Shown: positions 1 through 13,599 of the stretch, in pieces
Position numbering within the stretch: the first letter of the stretch is position 1
Layout of the letters: every line of letters starts with the position of its first letter
Assembly (NCBI RefSeq): GCF_006345805.1
Contig: NW_021834223.1
Location: forward strand, 1 to 64,000
Source: Octopus sinensis
Lineage: Eukaryota
DNA: 64,000 nucleotides
Direction of reading: 5' to 3'
The notes under the pieces: generated by a model
Databases searched by the model: none
The model's input: only the letters and a program-made list of their open reading frames with translations
What the model was told of the DNA's origin: nothing
Program-made: the position numbers and the translations under genes

Positions 1-170
1 TCCTTATGAGGTCAAAACGCAAGTAACCAGGTGAACACTCTGGATGGGATAACATCGCCTTTACCTCCCGCTCCGCCCCGCCCCCATAAAATTACTAGCC
101 TGGTGTCAACATTTAAAAATCATCATTATTACTGTTATTCTTCTTCATCTTCGTATTATTATTATTATTA

Positions 171-210
<40 letters not shown>

Positions 211-269
211 GCTATCATTAGAGGTAGTAGTGGTGGTAGTAGAATTATTATTATTACTATTATTTTTTT

Positions 270-595
270 TCCTTCTTCTTTCAAATTTACTTCCATTTCC
301 TGCTGAGCGTCTTCCCAACTCCTAGGGCAAAGAAACTCATAGTATACATTGGCAGGCCATTAAACCAAACTCAATAGTTCGTTCATTTTTTTTTTTAAGG
401 TTAAATTAAAATTACATGGCCAGTAACAGCTCTCACAGCGACAATGCTTTTCTCAATACGTGTGAGTGTACCAGTTAAGACAATCTTTTGCATTCTTGCA
501 GGGATGAAGTAAGCCGGATCATTCTCATATAATTTTGGTTCATCCTTCTTAATCATTCCTAGTGCTCCTACGATCACTGGTATTGTAACCGCCTT
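270..595 (-). mobile_element. 3' end of an R4/Dong-like RLE non-LTR retrotransposon; the (AAT)n tail lies to its left
   Basis: The minus strand reads KAVTIPVIVGALGMIKK..., the C-terminus of the restriction-like endonuclease. The 3' UTR resembles 12085-12180. Confidence 0.8.
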
Positions 596-637
596 ATTAT
601 TATATTATTAATTTATTATTATTATTATTATTATTAT

Positions 638-673
<36 letters not shown>

Positions 674-1065
674 TTAGTAGTATCACCCTCAGTGAAACTA
701 AATGGAAAATAGTATTGCAACAGAGAATTAAAAACAGGGATCACACACGTAGAGTGTGGTACCAGGGAATTTTCGTCTAGCTCTACAGCACTTGTCAAGC
801 ATCAGTGATAAATGTTATTTTCAAAACGCTTCCCAATTTGCTCCCCTCTCTAATTCATGAAGGTTCAGACTGATCTAATCTCCAGTACTCTCGATATATC
901 GTATTACTGATAATGGAAAAATGCGTATCACTAATTAACAGGGTTCCCAGAGAAAGTTATAACGCTTAACCATAATTGTTATGTTTTCCATAAAGTTTAT
1001 TTATATATTTTTTACATTAACGCATACACAAACATACATGTATTTGTAGCTATATGAACGTGTAT

Positions 1066-1175
1066 ACATACTGATATATTTCATATATATATATATTATA
1101 TATTAGATATATATATTATATATATATATATACATGATATATATATATATATATATAATATATAATATATATATG

Positions 1176-1258
<83 letters not shown>

Positions 1259-1347
1259 ATATATATATATATATAGATATATATATATATATATATATAT
1301 ATTATACATACATATATATATATATATTATATATATATATCTATATG

Positions 1348-1393
<46 letters not shown>

Positions 1394-1430
1394 GTAGACA
1401 TATATATATATTTATATACATTATATATAT
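1066..1430. repeat. (TA)n microsatellite
   Basis: Direct reading of the sequence. Confidence 0.98.
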
Positions 1431-2660
1431 ATAGTTTGTGTGTGTATAGACCTATGTATACATATACATATTATACTTAAACTACATATACACACACATA
1501 TGCACTTGTGTATGTATGTATGCTTGTATGTATATGCATTATATATACACATATATATGCATGTATATATACATATATATATGTGTGTGCATATATATAT
1601 ATATGTATGTTGATACATACACACATATACACACATATATGCGTGTATGTGTATGTCCCAATGTGTATGTGTCCCTGTGTGTGCTTGTCCCTCTGTATGT
1701 GTATATGTGTGTGTGTGTGTGGTCGTGTGTGTGTGGTGTGTGTGTGTGTGTGAATGTATGTATGTCACCAGCATAACAACAATTGTATATTGCTATATTT
1801 CTAGAACATGAAATTGTGAATGCTGTGACAATTATGTCTTTCTCACCAACATGTGCTTTAATTGAACCACGTGACATAAAACAGAAATCCCTGTTAGATA
1901 TCCTTTGGATGGAGCCTACGACAAGAAGAACATCTAAGTAGTTGTCGAACCCGCTAAAATTTGCAGTCAAGGTTGCATCATGTCACACCCTACTGCTTTG
2001 ATTACGGCACGAACACATTGCCCAATAGAGCACGTGGTTTACCTTCACAAACATGTTTTGTTGTCGACAAATATCGCTTTTATCAAAGCTCTTCTCAATT
2101 AGTATGTACTTTTGACTAAGGCAGTGTTGTAGTGAGTGTAGTAGGGGATGGAAAAGTGGAACAGACGTGGTGTGACCGGGTGTACATTGTAAGTGCAAAT
2201 GAAGGAAAGTAAACGTATCGGCGCCAAAATTACTTTTTACTATAGGTAAACTTTGTAACGCCACTAAGACAGAAAAAATAAACGGTTGTTCTTTTTATAT
2301 ATAAGTGCAGTCGTTGAATTGGCTTCGATACTACTATGTGCGCCATAGGTTTTATCCCACTCTTTTTTTCCTACTTCTGCAACAAAGCAGAAGAACCATG
2401 GTGTAACCCACTATGGTGTGGTAAACTTTCAAGCCCTAGTCTACATTGCGAATCCTCTGTACCCCAGGATGGTTCCACTCTCCACCCCTTAAAAGCCACC
2501 GTTTACAGAATGAGGATAACACGTAGCTTTAGCGCCCGTGCAACTGCCAGTCTATTGCGTGTGGCGGTTGGATCTTCAAGTTGCCACACACACTCTTAGT
2601 AGCTTAAAGTAGGCTCGAGTTAGAGATTACTCTTTGTGGCTAATGGGTGAGTCCTGATTG

Positions 2661-2804
2661 GAAGAAGAAGAAGAAGAGAAGAAAGAAGAGAAGCAAAAGA
2701 AAGAGAAGAAGAAAAAGAAGAAGAAGAAGAAGAAGAAGAAGAAGAAAAGAAAGAAGAAGAAGAAGAAGAAGAAGAAGAAGAAGAAGAAGAAGAAGAAGAA
2801 GAAG
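2661..2804. repeat. (GAA)n microsatellite
   Basis: Direct reading; explains the poly-K/R/S/F ORFs here. Confidence 0.98.
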
Positions 2805-2986
2805 ACAGCAACCCACGACAACGAAATGAACAACATCAAAATCAAAAGATACCTGACATGAGCTGAAGTTCCATATTTTTGAATGTTGAACTCTTCTAAA
2901 GTTGAAATTAATAAAGTCAGAATCGGTCGCAAGTTCAAACTTGATAACATGACAGGAAAGTTCAAAACAGGGATCTTTCTGACGCA

Positions 2987-3110
2987 GTTCTATATTTAAT
3001 AGATGAGGAATTATGTTCATTATTTACATTATTTACGTTTGACGGATACGGATATTTGTTCTCATCTTGTTTGTTGTTAACATAACATTTCGGCTGATAG
3101 ACACTCCAGC
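2987..3110 (-). mobile_element. Penelope-like 3' terminal fragment with a truncated hammerhead-like motif
   Basis: The minus strand reads GGCTG-gagtgtctat-CAGCC-GAAATGTT (stem II, GAAA, stem III), with no CTGANGA box. 42 nt match 14358-14399 in opposite orientation with 2 mismatches. Confidence 0.55.
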
Positions 3111-3168
3111 CCACGAGCATATGGAACGCGGGCTGCTAACCCCAAGTTTCCGAGTTCGATTCCAGGCT

Positions 3169-3210
<42 letters not shown>

Positions 3211-3224
3211 TAATAATAATAATA

Positions 3225-3268
<44 letters not shown>

Positions 3269-3270
3269 GT
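3111..3270 (+). mobile_element. tRNA-derived SINE head followed by (AAT)n
   Basis: Anticodon-like arm ggg-CTGCTAA-ccc (GCT, Ser-like) and B box GAGTTCGATTCC, then (AAT)n at 3171-3266. Confidence 0.6.
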
Positions 3271-3271
3271 A

Positions 3272-3452
3272 ATACTTTCGACTAAAAGCACAAGGCCTGA
3301 AATTTGGGGAGAAGTCGATTACAATGAACCCGAGTGTTTCACTGGTACTTAATTTATTGACTCCAAAACGTTAAACGGTGAAGTCGGCCTCTGTGGGATT
3401 TGAATTCAGAACTTAGCGACGGGCGTAATACCGAGAAGTATTTCGTCCAGTG
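3272..3452 (-). mobile_element. SINE family A copy
   Basis: Reverse complement of the body seen at 24356 (ttctgagttcaaat...gtcgac...aagtaccag...gtcga). Confidence 0.75.
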
Positions 3453-3474
3453 TAATAAATTATAGCAACAACAA

Positions 3475-4770
3475 TACTCTGAAGCGGGGGCGAAGAGTAA
3501 ATTGCTGGGGCATAGAATTGCCAAATGGAGAAAGAATGAAAGATCCTGATGATGATGGGCACAAGAACCATGGGACCCTGGAGCTGGACAATATCTTGCA
3601 CAAAGAAATGAAAGACAAGATCATCACTGCATATTTGAAGCGCCTCAAACTTTTCTTGAAATCAAAACTCAACTCAAGGAGCTGCCATTAGCATATGGGT
3701 TGTTGCTGTAGTCCGCTATAGTGCACCCATACTGAAATAGATACAAGCAGCGATTGACCAACTCGATCGCACTACCCGATAAACAATGTCAATGCATGCT
3801 GCCCTCCACCCTAAGCCAAATATACACAGCGAGGTAAAGGTGGACGTGCGCTGATAAGCGTACGGGAGTGCATCAACATTGAAAGAAGAAACATGACAGA
3901 ATATTTGGTGAGCAGCAAACAAGATCTGATTCACTACGCAGCTAGTGTAGAAGGAATTAACAAAAATGGTGCTCATGAATTTTGACCAATAACAGTCAAC
4001 AAGAGGGAAGAAACTCTTTTCCGCATGGAATTACATGTGCCATTTCCACTGTGAAGAAGCATAATGGATGTGGCTCAACAATGGTGAACTAAATAAGAGT
4101 ACTGAAAACCTAATCATCGCGACCCAGGACCATCAGTGAAAAAGAATACATACAACACAAGGCAACGGACCTCTGCAGAATGTGTGGGAAGAGCGTCGAA
4201 AGCGTGACTCACACTGTTAGTGCTTGGGAAAATCTTGCACAGAAAGAGCACTTGCGTAGACAGAAGGTAGACCAAAACCTCCGAAAGTATAGATATGAGG
4301 TTACGGGTGCTTGGCACCAACATAGACCGAAAAAAGTAACTGACGAAAGGGGAAGTCAAAAATTCTCTGGGACTTTCCAGACAGAATTTTAGAGGACCGT
4401 AGGCCGGATATAGTAACCTTTAGTGGGGGACAAACAAGAGTGCTTAATAATCTACGTAGCAGTGCCAGGAGGTCAACATATCATCATGAAAAAAAAGGTT
4501 GATATATATATATATGAAAACCTGAGAATTGAGATCGCTAAGATTTGGCAGCTACGAGAGTCGAACATCAAGGTTATCCCTATTGTCATTGGAGCATTGG
4601 GTTCAATATCACCCAATCTGAAAACCTTAGAGATACCCTACAATCTAGATGTATTGCAAAAGTTGGCATTACTTGGAACTGCACGCATATTGCGTAAAGC
4701 ATTGTCTGCCTGAGGTCCTTGTTGTGACTTGACGAACAGTACAAACCCCCGGTAGACACAATGCTTTCAA
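3475..4770 (+). mobile_element. 5'-truncated, decayed R4/Dong-like RLE LINE
   Basis: TLKRGRRVNCWGIELPNGERMKD...YLKRLKLFLKSKLNS; CCHC knuckle CRMCGKSVESVTH; RPDIV; IPIVIGALG...LQKLALLGTARILRKALS* (ORF 4423-4713). Multiple frameshifts. Confidence 0.9.
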
Positions 4771-5357
4771 TCAATACGTTAGATAGACTTCAATTAAGCA
4801 GAAGTACCATGTTAGAAGCTTGATAGTCAGTTCTGTACTTCAATCCCTTCTTCGATCACAACCGTCTCGCAAGTTCAGTAAAGTGTTATAAATAAACGGA
4901 TCTTCTCCTATGTGATAAAAATGCAGATAATATACTCGATTTCCAACAGGGAAAATTTCTTGTCAAGAATGGTAGATTAATTATGAAAATATTGTCCGAG
5001 AATCGATTCCTGGACAAAGTGGCGCATTGCTGCTACAAAGATCTATATGATTACCAGCCTAGTGCTGATACAGCTTTCCATATCTCCAGCTACAAAAGGC
5101 CACGATTTCCAGCGGTATCAAGAGTGGGAGATCCCAGAGATTTTCTGTTCAATTGTATCTATATATGCACCGCAAACATTTAGCGAAAATATTGCAAAAC
5201 CTACCGGATCACCACAAACGCGTGTAAGTGGTAACTGCTTTACGTTATATATGTGTATATATATATGGCTGAGTGGTGTGTATGAGTGTGTTTGAATTTC
5301 TGTTTAGATTTTCGATACTATCCTTTTATATCCCATCGTAGATGGGCAGATTTGCTA

Positions 5358-6274
5358 TCTTACTATAATGGGCGTTTTGACCGTCTGTTTGTCCGTCTGT
5401 CCATCTCTTTGCCCGTTCCCTCTTCACGGCCAGAGGCCTGGACCAATGATTACGATAATTTTTCGAGATTACAAATACCATCATCAGGAAGGGTTTTAAC
5501 ATAAAAAAATCAGAGGGTATGATTATTTCGTGGATATCGATTCTGAAATTGATAAACTACCTTCGCATTTTTTTTAATGAGTAACTCTGGATTTTCATCG
5601 TGAGGTTCAGGCCCCTATCGTAGATACGAAAACGGTCACGAGGACGGTTAATGGAGAAAGTAAAAAGTGTGTGTCAGTATATAGTGAGTGTGATTATTTA
5701 GTGGTTCTTGAAATGCGTCAGGCTCGAACAGGATTCAAAACGGCTCTTCCAAGCGGCTGTCGTTTACATCTCAGTTTTGTCAATCAAAATAACATGGTAC
5801 CAGAACATCCAGACATTATTCGCATGTAAGACTTTGTTCGATTTTTTGTCAACCCTAAAGATACAACTAGCGCATTCACAGCAAACAAGGCACAGGGCCA
5901 GACTTTAGATCGTGTTAGGTGTATTTTTCCCCTCACCGATGTTTACACACGGCCAGTTATACGTCGCTATGAATAGAGAGCAACGGAATCCAGTAATTTG
6001 AAAATTAGGGTCGACCAAACAAAAAATACCGTCTACAAAAGTTTTGTAACCATATCGATATCATCGAAAGAAATATGATTCATAATTTAAATTAGGAAAT
6101 TTGTGAACTCTGAATGTATAAGTGTATAAACAAACGTAGAATAGTGTAAACAACTAAAATAAAAGTTACATCTAAATAACAATTTTTTTCTCAATACTTT
6201 TTATACAGTGGTTGAAAGAAGCTCTGGCTTTCGTTAGGAAAGGCTCACGTGAATCACCATCGCATGTCACCTAG
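5358..6274 (+). mobile_element. Internally deleted Helitron carrying a PIF1 helicase C-terminal remnant
   Basis: 5873-6050 reads FTANKAQGQTLDRV..FPSPMFTHGQLYVAM (PIF1 motifs V/VI, frameshifted). Candidate termini are A|TC at 5357/5358 and CTAG|T at 6271-6275; the 3' hairpin is weak. Confidence 0.7.
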
Positions 6275-7139
6275 TCGCAAACACGCAATAGAAGGCTATA
6301 TCACCAACAATAAATATGATATCCCTAAGACATCACCCAGTAATCTATCATGTCCATTTACACATTTGTCAATACATACTACTGTTATGACTTCCCTCCT
6401 TTACTTTATGCCTACATCGTAGATGGGTAGATTTTCTAGCGTTAAGAAAACATTATTACATCGCTGCGCTCACTTTCTCGCATGAAACAGGAATACGTCT
6501 CGTGGATAATGTTCTTGTGTCTGCTTTTCTTAGTGAAGGACATGGAAGGTATATAAATAACTCAATTTCGAACTTGATATAGTCTTCCTTACTCGGTTCC
6601 AGTTAGTAAAAATAAAAACTAAACTAAATTAAAATAAAATAAAATAAACAAGTATTTTCTTACATAAGAATTGCAAGGAATTCTAACCACTTGGCAATTT
6701 TGTCATTTGTCATTTTTAAGATTATTTCGTGTGGGAACATGATGTTTAGCGCATCAGTTGAACTAAAAGAACGGTTAGGGGTACGAAGTACAATGTCTTA
6801 CGGTATTTAGTTCTGTCGATAATATTAGCTGTTATCTAATTACCTGTCAAATAGTATTGTCAATTAATCGAGTACATTACACCCTTTCTAAATGTGTGGC
6901 TCTTTGAAAGTGTAGGGAGCCATTTGGGAATGAATATCTAATGTATGTTTATATTTTACTCTTTTAGAACGTATCAGTTTAAGGATCCTCTGTACGATGA
7001 GGGGCGGTAATATATTAAACACCCTATATACCAGACTAAAACATGTATAAAAATTAATGCAGTAGTTTTAACAAGTTTAATATATATTGATACATTTATA
7101 TTATATATACACTACTTCCGACTTCTGACATTCTATATG

Positions 7140-8391
7140 TATAGGATTGGCAAGAAAGTAATTTCGGATTTTTAATGTGAAATGAAGGTGATTTGCTTTC
7201 ATACAAAGAACTTTAATTATATATTTTCCATTTTGTTCGATGACCTTTTGCCATCTTTCTGGAAACTTCATGATTCCGGGCTGATAAAAGTGAAGCAAGT
7301 GCGATTTCATTTTGCCATAATTATTGAAAGTTTTACCATTCAAGAATTTTGCAAACTTCGAAATATATGGTAATCTGATGGTGCAAAGTCGGGGCTTTAC
7401 ATCACTTCTCCACCAAACTCCAATGATTTTTCACGAGTTAGCTAAATGTGTGTTGTCTAGCGTTGTCATGGTGGAACACAATTCCTTTACGATTTGCCAA
7501 TTCTGGCTGTTTTTCTTTGATTGCTTCCTCCAGTTTCATTTGTTGTTGAGAGCAAACATCTGAATTGATCGTTTGGTTTGGTTTCTTGGAAGCAGCTCGA
7601 AATGCACATCACCATTGCAATCACACCAAATTAACAGCATGTCTTTTTATGATGCAATTCAGCTTTCAATGTGGTTTGTGCCGGTTCATTACGTTTGGGC
7701 CATGATCGCTTTCGATTGATGCTATTGTAGGCAATCCATTTTTCCTCACCAGTGATGATTTGTTTCAAAATAATCTCGATGTCATTCAATTTGAGATGCA
7801 TATCGCAAATATTGATTCGTCGTGTGAAGTGAATCTCTTTCAATTTAAGTGGAACCCAAATATTGAGCTTCTTAACGAGTCCGACATATTTTAAGTGATT
7901 TTCAATTGTTGTGTGTGATACATTTAACTTCTCTGCAATCTCTCACACAGTTACACGGCCATAAGATCCAGTTATGGTTTCGATTCAGTCATCATGAACT
8001 TCACTAGGTCGACCAGAACGTTGGTCATCTTTGAGTGAAAAATCTCCAGAACAGATTTTTTAAATCATATCTAACATATGTGTTCTGTTAAGCAATCAAC
8101 ACCGTAAAATTCACATATCTCTTGGTGATTTTCAGCTGCTTTCATGCCTTTACGGAAATAAAAAAAGAGGCAAAATAAGGCGAAAATGTTCGTTTTCGCA
8201 TGCCATTTTAGAATTGAAATTGAACTAACAGTTGTAAACAAAATTACGCGCTATTTGCTTCTGAAGTAAGCTAAAAGTAACAGCAGCTAAATGTCAAAAG
8301 TAAAACACCGTAACATTCACAGAAGTCATTTAAAAGAATCGTAACTCTATCAACTAGCGAAAAACAAAATTTCATTCTTGCCAACCCAATA
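7140..8391 (-). mobile_element. Near full-length decayed mariner transposon with a pseudogenised transposase (~8206 to ~7215)
   Basis: Imperfect TIRs taggattggcaagaaagtaat / attcttgccaacccaata. MACENEHFR..., SGDFSLKDDQRSGRP, ITGEEKWIAY (GDEKW motif), FPERWQKVIEQNGKYI. Confidence 0.92.
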
Positions 8392-8401
8392 TGTATATTC
8401 T

Positions 8402-8720
8402 TTAATTCTTTTATTCATCTATTCATTTCAGTCATTTGACTTCAGCCATGCTGGAGCACCACCTTTAGTCGAATAAATCAACCCCCCGAACTTATTTTAT
8501 CGGTCTCCTTTGACGAAAAGCTAAGTTACGGGGACGTAAGCACACCAGCATAGGTTGTCAACTGAAGACACACACATATATATGTATATATATATATATA
8601 TTATATATATATATATACATACGTGGTGTATGTGTGTATGTGCGTGCGTATGTAAGTGTGTCTTTGTGTTTGTCCCAACTACCATCGTTTAACAACCGAT
8701 GTTTGTATTTACGTCCCCGC
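8402..8720. mobile_element. SINE family B fragments in both orientations around a microsatellite
   Basis: 8402-8575 is the reverse complement of the family B tail; 8655-8720 is the family B middle on the plus strand. Confidence 0.75.
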
Positions 8721-9250
8721 GCTGTGGAAAAAAGCCTATTGTATCTATCTTGCGAAAGGATCGAGTCTTGAAGCGAAATTATAAGGCTGTGACATTGTCA
8801 CAGAGAAATCAGTACGAACATACCAAACCCTAATGCTAATATATTCGGACCAAGACATTGAGTAACTATACTTAGGAATATGCACGAAGAAATCGTACAG
8901 TACGAGAATTCAATGCATGTGAGGCTTTTAAACACATAGCTGCTAGTTACATTCGAAACAGAATATCAATGATGATTCGCGTCTAACAGAGAAACACACA
9001 GAAACTACGCCAGTACCGGATTACCATTCATTCTTATGATGGCGCTTGGCAGGTTTAGAAGCTCTTAAATAAAATCTGCAAACTTGCAAACATTCGCGTG
9101 TCTCATGTATTGCAATAAATGTAATATATTGACTAATGAGATTTACTGAAGTTCAAATGAATCATTTCTTTCTGTATATGTATACACGTGTGTGTGTGTG
9201 CATGTGTTTAATTATTCATTAATATGTATATATAAATATATATAATATAT

Positions 9251-9281
<31 letters not shown>

Positions 9282-9500
9282 TCCGTATATATAAGTATAC
9301 TCATATATCTGCACACAGATATAAATATATATAAATACAGATATCTATCTATCTCTATATAGATAAACTGTCACATACAAGAGCATTAATATATTTACTA
9401 ATATATATATATATATATGTATGTATATGTATAAAACATATTTACAAATATATATATATGTATAAATATATAAATATATATATATGTATATCTATATATA

Positions 9501-9560
<60 letters not shown>

Positions 9561-10094
9561 GTATTTAATGAGTACATAATACATTTCCAAACATTAAATA
9601 GAAATAAGAAATTACAAATTGCTACAAATGCACATTCATTAACTCTGTCTTTCTGTCTGTCTGTCTGTATGTCTCTCTTTCTCTTTCTATCTATCTATAT
9701 GTGGGTGTACGCATGCGTGCGTGCGTGCGTGTGTGTACCTATGCATGTATGTGCGTCTATGAGTGCGAGTGTCTGTGTATGCTTTTCATACATACGCATA
9801 TATATGAAGTAAATGAGATAAAATGAATAATGAGGATAAATGAAAATTTATAAAAACTAAAGGATATCACTGTACGCTATATAGATAAATGGCGGCTTTA
9901 AATTCTGCCGCAGTCAGCAGATGTCTAGTGCTGACTCAACAATGGCTCAAACTTGGAGCAGGTGCTACTTCAACCTACTTTCATTGAACAATTTCAACAC
10001 GGGTTTTTAATATAAACTCCTTTAATTGTCTACTCTTGCGAACAAAGAAAGACGAGCACTCATTTGATTGCGCACATACACATATAATATATAC

Positions 10095-10161
<67 letters not shown>

Positions 10162-10297
10162 TGCATATATATGGTTATTGTATGTGTAGTGTATATAGAT
10201 GTGTGTATGTGTATGTATATAAATATATGCATGTGTACGTATGTATGTATATATATATATATATATATATGTATATGTATGTATGTATTTATGTATA

Positions 10298-10352
<55 letters not shown>

Positions 10353-10747
10353 TGTATGTATGTATGTATATGAATATATAAACGTACACACATGTATACA
10401 CAGACACATGCGTGCTTGCTTGTATATATTGCAATTATCTATATATATATATAAGAAATTTAATGTTTTTATTGTCGTTGCTGATACGGACATATTTATT
10501 TATTAATAAGCCTGGAAATTCCAAAGAGTGTTAACTTGTATGTACTTCTGTGTACCTCTGTAAACTTGAAAGCTTCAATGTGAGTCTGTCCACATTATTG
10601 AACAAATACTGCTGTACTTGCACGTATATTGAAAGCTCGAACGCGTATTTCGAAGATTGTCGTAACCTTATCTTTTACCTATTCTTTAATATTTGTTTTT
10701 TTTTCTTCGAACTTTATTGTTGTTGATGTTTTTGTTGTTGTTATTAA

Positions 10748-10950
10748 GGTGGTGAGCTGGGAGAATCGTTAGCATGCCGGACACAATGGTTAGCCGTTTT
10801 TTTTTCCCCGTTGCTGTGTTCTGAGTTCAAGTTCCAACGAATTAGACGTTGCCTTTTATCCTTTCTGTATCGCTAAATTAAGTACAAGTGAAACACTAAG
10901 GTTGATGTAATCGCCTAGCACCTATCCCCAAAATTTCTGACCTTGTGCCT
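10748..10950 (+). mobile_element. SINE family A copy followed by (ATT)n at 10958-11220
   Basis: ggtgagctgggagaatcgttagc...ttctgagttcaagttcc...cttgtgcctatgtcagaaagg. Confidence 0.75.
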
Positions 10951-11220
10951 ATGTCAGAAAGGATTATTATTATTATTATTATTATTATATTATTATTTAT
11001 TATTATTATTATATTATTATATTATTATTATTATTATTATTATTTATTATTATTATATTATTATATTATATTATTATTAATTATTATTATTATTATTATA
11101 TTATCATTACTATCATTACTATTATTATTATATTATCATTACTATCATTATTATTATATATTATTATTATTTTATTATTATTATTATATTATTATATTAT
11201 TATTATTATTATTATTATCA

Positions 11221-11815
11221 TTGAGTGAGAGAGCAGTTCATGCCATCAAAGTGACACTGGGGTAAAATATACGAAGCCCAATATACCCATCATGACTACC
11301 CGTCTGATAAAGGTACACCAGGCACATGCATCACAACCATATGTGCGCGACATGGTGATCTCATATCAAGATAAACAGCACATGACCTTGCAGGTGGGGC
11401 CCAGTTAGAATTTTCTTCAGGTTGAGTAGCCCATCCCGCTCAAAAGGTCCATGAATAAGGGTTGTTTAAGGATGTTGAAAGAACCACCCATGTTTCCAGA
11501 GGTGAACTATTCAAACCCCAAAGAATCCCTCTCAACACATGGCTATGATGCTCCCCCACTACTTCTGATCGTGATCAGAGATGCACATATCGTCAGCCAC
11601 TAAGGGACATGCTCAACTGGTTAAGGTCAAACAACTGACAAGCAAATCTGTGGTATAGAGCAGAATATTTGCTGTAGCCCATCTTTTATACCAAGACAAA
11701 ACAATGTACATGATATTATATACCAAGACAAAACAATGTACATGATATTTTATACCAAGACAAAACAATGTACATGATATTAAACAATGTACATGATACA
11801 AAACAATGTACATGA

Positions 11816-11818
<3 letters not shown>
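11221..11818 (+). mobile_element. Unclassified ~600-bp interspersed repeat ending in a 32-bp tandem repeat
   Basis: Complex sequence between two (ATT)n arrays. ataccaagacaaaacaatgtacatgatatt occurs 3 times plus partial copies at 11688-11818. I recognise it as an octopus-type repeat; class unresolved. Confidence 0.5.
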
Positions 11819-11884
<66 letters not shown>

Positions 11885-11935
11885 CATTACTATCATTACT
11901 CGTATCATTATTATTATTATCATTACTATCATCAC

Positions 11936-11975
<40 letters not shown>

Positions 11976-12031
11976 TTATTATTATTATCATCTTCATCAT
12001 CATCATCATCATCATCATTATTAATATTATT

Positions 12032-12064
<33 letters not shown>

Positions 12065-12077
12065 ATTATTATTATCA

Positions 12078-13590
12078 TTTTCATTAGCATCTTTCACTTC
12101 TGTTTCCATTTCTTGCCGAGTTCTTCCTGATACTTAGGGCAGATAAACGTATAGTATACATTGGTAGGCCATCAAAACAAGCACTCCAAATTGTTAAATT
12201 ACAGAGTCATGTGTGAGAGAGAAAAGGGGAAAATAGAAAGAAAAAGGAAAAACTAAAAGATAGAAAAGTAAACAAATAAAGGGGGAAAAGGAAAAGGAAA
12301 TATAGCGACACTGCTCTTCTCAATACGTGTGACGTAACAGTTCAGGCAATCTTTTGTACTTCCTGCATGGACGGTAACTCACGGATCAGTCTTAAATAAT
12401 TTTCAGTTCCTTTTTTGATCATTCCATGTGCTCCTACAATCAGAGGTGTTATAAACGTCTTCAGATGCCACATCTTTTCGATTTCGGTTAGCAGATCTCT
12501 ATATTTTCTGAGCTTATCAAATTCTATTGTCGAGATATTATGGGCACATTTCATGCTCATGTCAATCAATGAACAGACTTCATTGCTTTTGTCGTTCACA
12601 ACAATATATGGTTTATTTGCCTTGATGGTCTGATCTGTACATAATGGGAAGTCCCAAAGAATAGTTATATTTCCTCCCTCAGTTACGGCCTCAGGGTGGT
12701 GCTTGTACCATTTATCAGCAGCTTTGATTTTATGATGCCGACACATTATGCATTATAGTTATTGACCAACTCTGTCATGTCTGGATTTGTAGTCTACAGG
12801 TGCTAAAACCTGACATCCAGAGATTTGATGGTCGACTATTTCTATCCCATCGTTGTAGTACCGGCACTTTGGGTCAGTACCATTTTTCATCACATTGGCT
12901 TGAAAGTTCCGGGTCAATAAGCTCTAATCTTGAGCAGTCAACATAAAACCTTTACTCTCTGCCTTTAACCATGAGCTCCGTAGCCACTGCTGAGGGTGCT
13001 CCTGGTCTACATCAGCTTGTTTGCTACGAGCCATATTTTGCCATGCAGAGGTTTTTGTTCCACCTATCAACCTATTGTTCAAGAATATTTCGCTTTGCTA
13101 TTGATTTAATCTTTGCAACTACAGATACTGCATTTCCATTATGCTTTTCAACCAGAGTATTATGCATAAACTCACATGAAAATTTTGGTTCTCCTTCATA
13201 ACACAATGAAGCTTCTTTCGTCTTTCATGGTTTTCAACGAGCTTTAACATCTAATGAGATGTTTCAAGATATTTTGCAAGTACAGTTGTTGTGATTTTGT
13301 AGGAGGTTTCTAATTGGATCAAGCCTCGACCTCCTTAAGCTCTGGGTAGGTAAAGACGATCTTCGTCTGCCTTTGGGTAGTGCAGTTTATTGCGAGTCAG
13401 CTGCTTACGGATTTTCATGTCAACTTTCCTTGTTTCGCTCATATTCCAGTTCAACACATTGAAACCGTTAATAACAAGAACTGCTAAGGAATTTATAGCT
13501 AACAGCTTGTTACGTGCATTTAGCTCAGATTTTAGGACTGCGCGAAAACTCCTGAAAAAAATCCTTCCTGATCTTCTCTTTCAAAACACA
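12078..13590 (-). mobile_element. Decayed R4/Dong-like RLE LINE (copy B) with 3' UTR
   Basis: LKSELNARNKLLAINSLAV, RLYLPRA*GGRGLIQLE, knuckle region, and ORF 12342-12746 ILWDFP..KPYIVV..IDM..KYRDL..PLIVGAHG. Confidence 0.9.
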
Positions 13591-13599
13591 TATGACCTC

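Noticed and set aside
8730-8960. IVSILRKDRVLKRNYKAVTL as an RTE RT remnant (also NYRPVSL at ~17040)
   Set aside because: Too short and decayed to delimit an element.
9879-9977. MAALNSAAVSRCLVLTQQWLKLGA... as a first coding exon
   Set aside because: Only 32 codons, a weak donor and no other support.
11688-11818. 32-bp repeats resembling a CRISPR array
   Set aside because: There are no unique spacers, the context is eukaryotic, and it is a simple tandem repeat.
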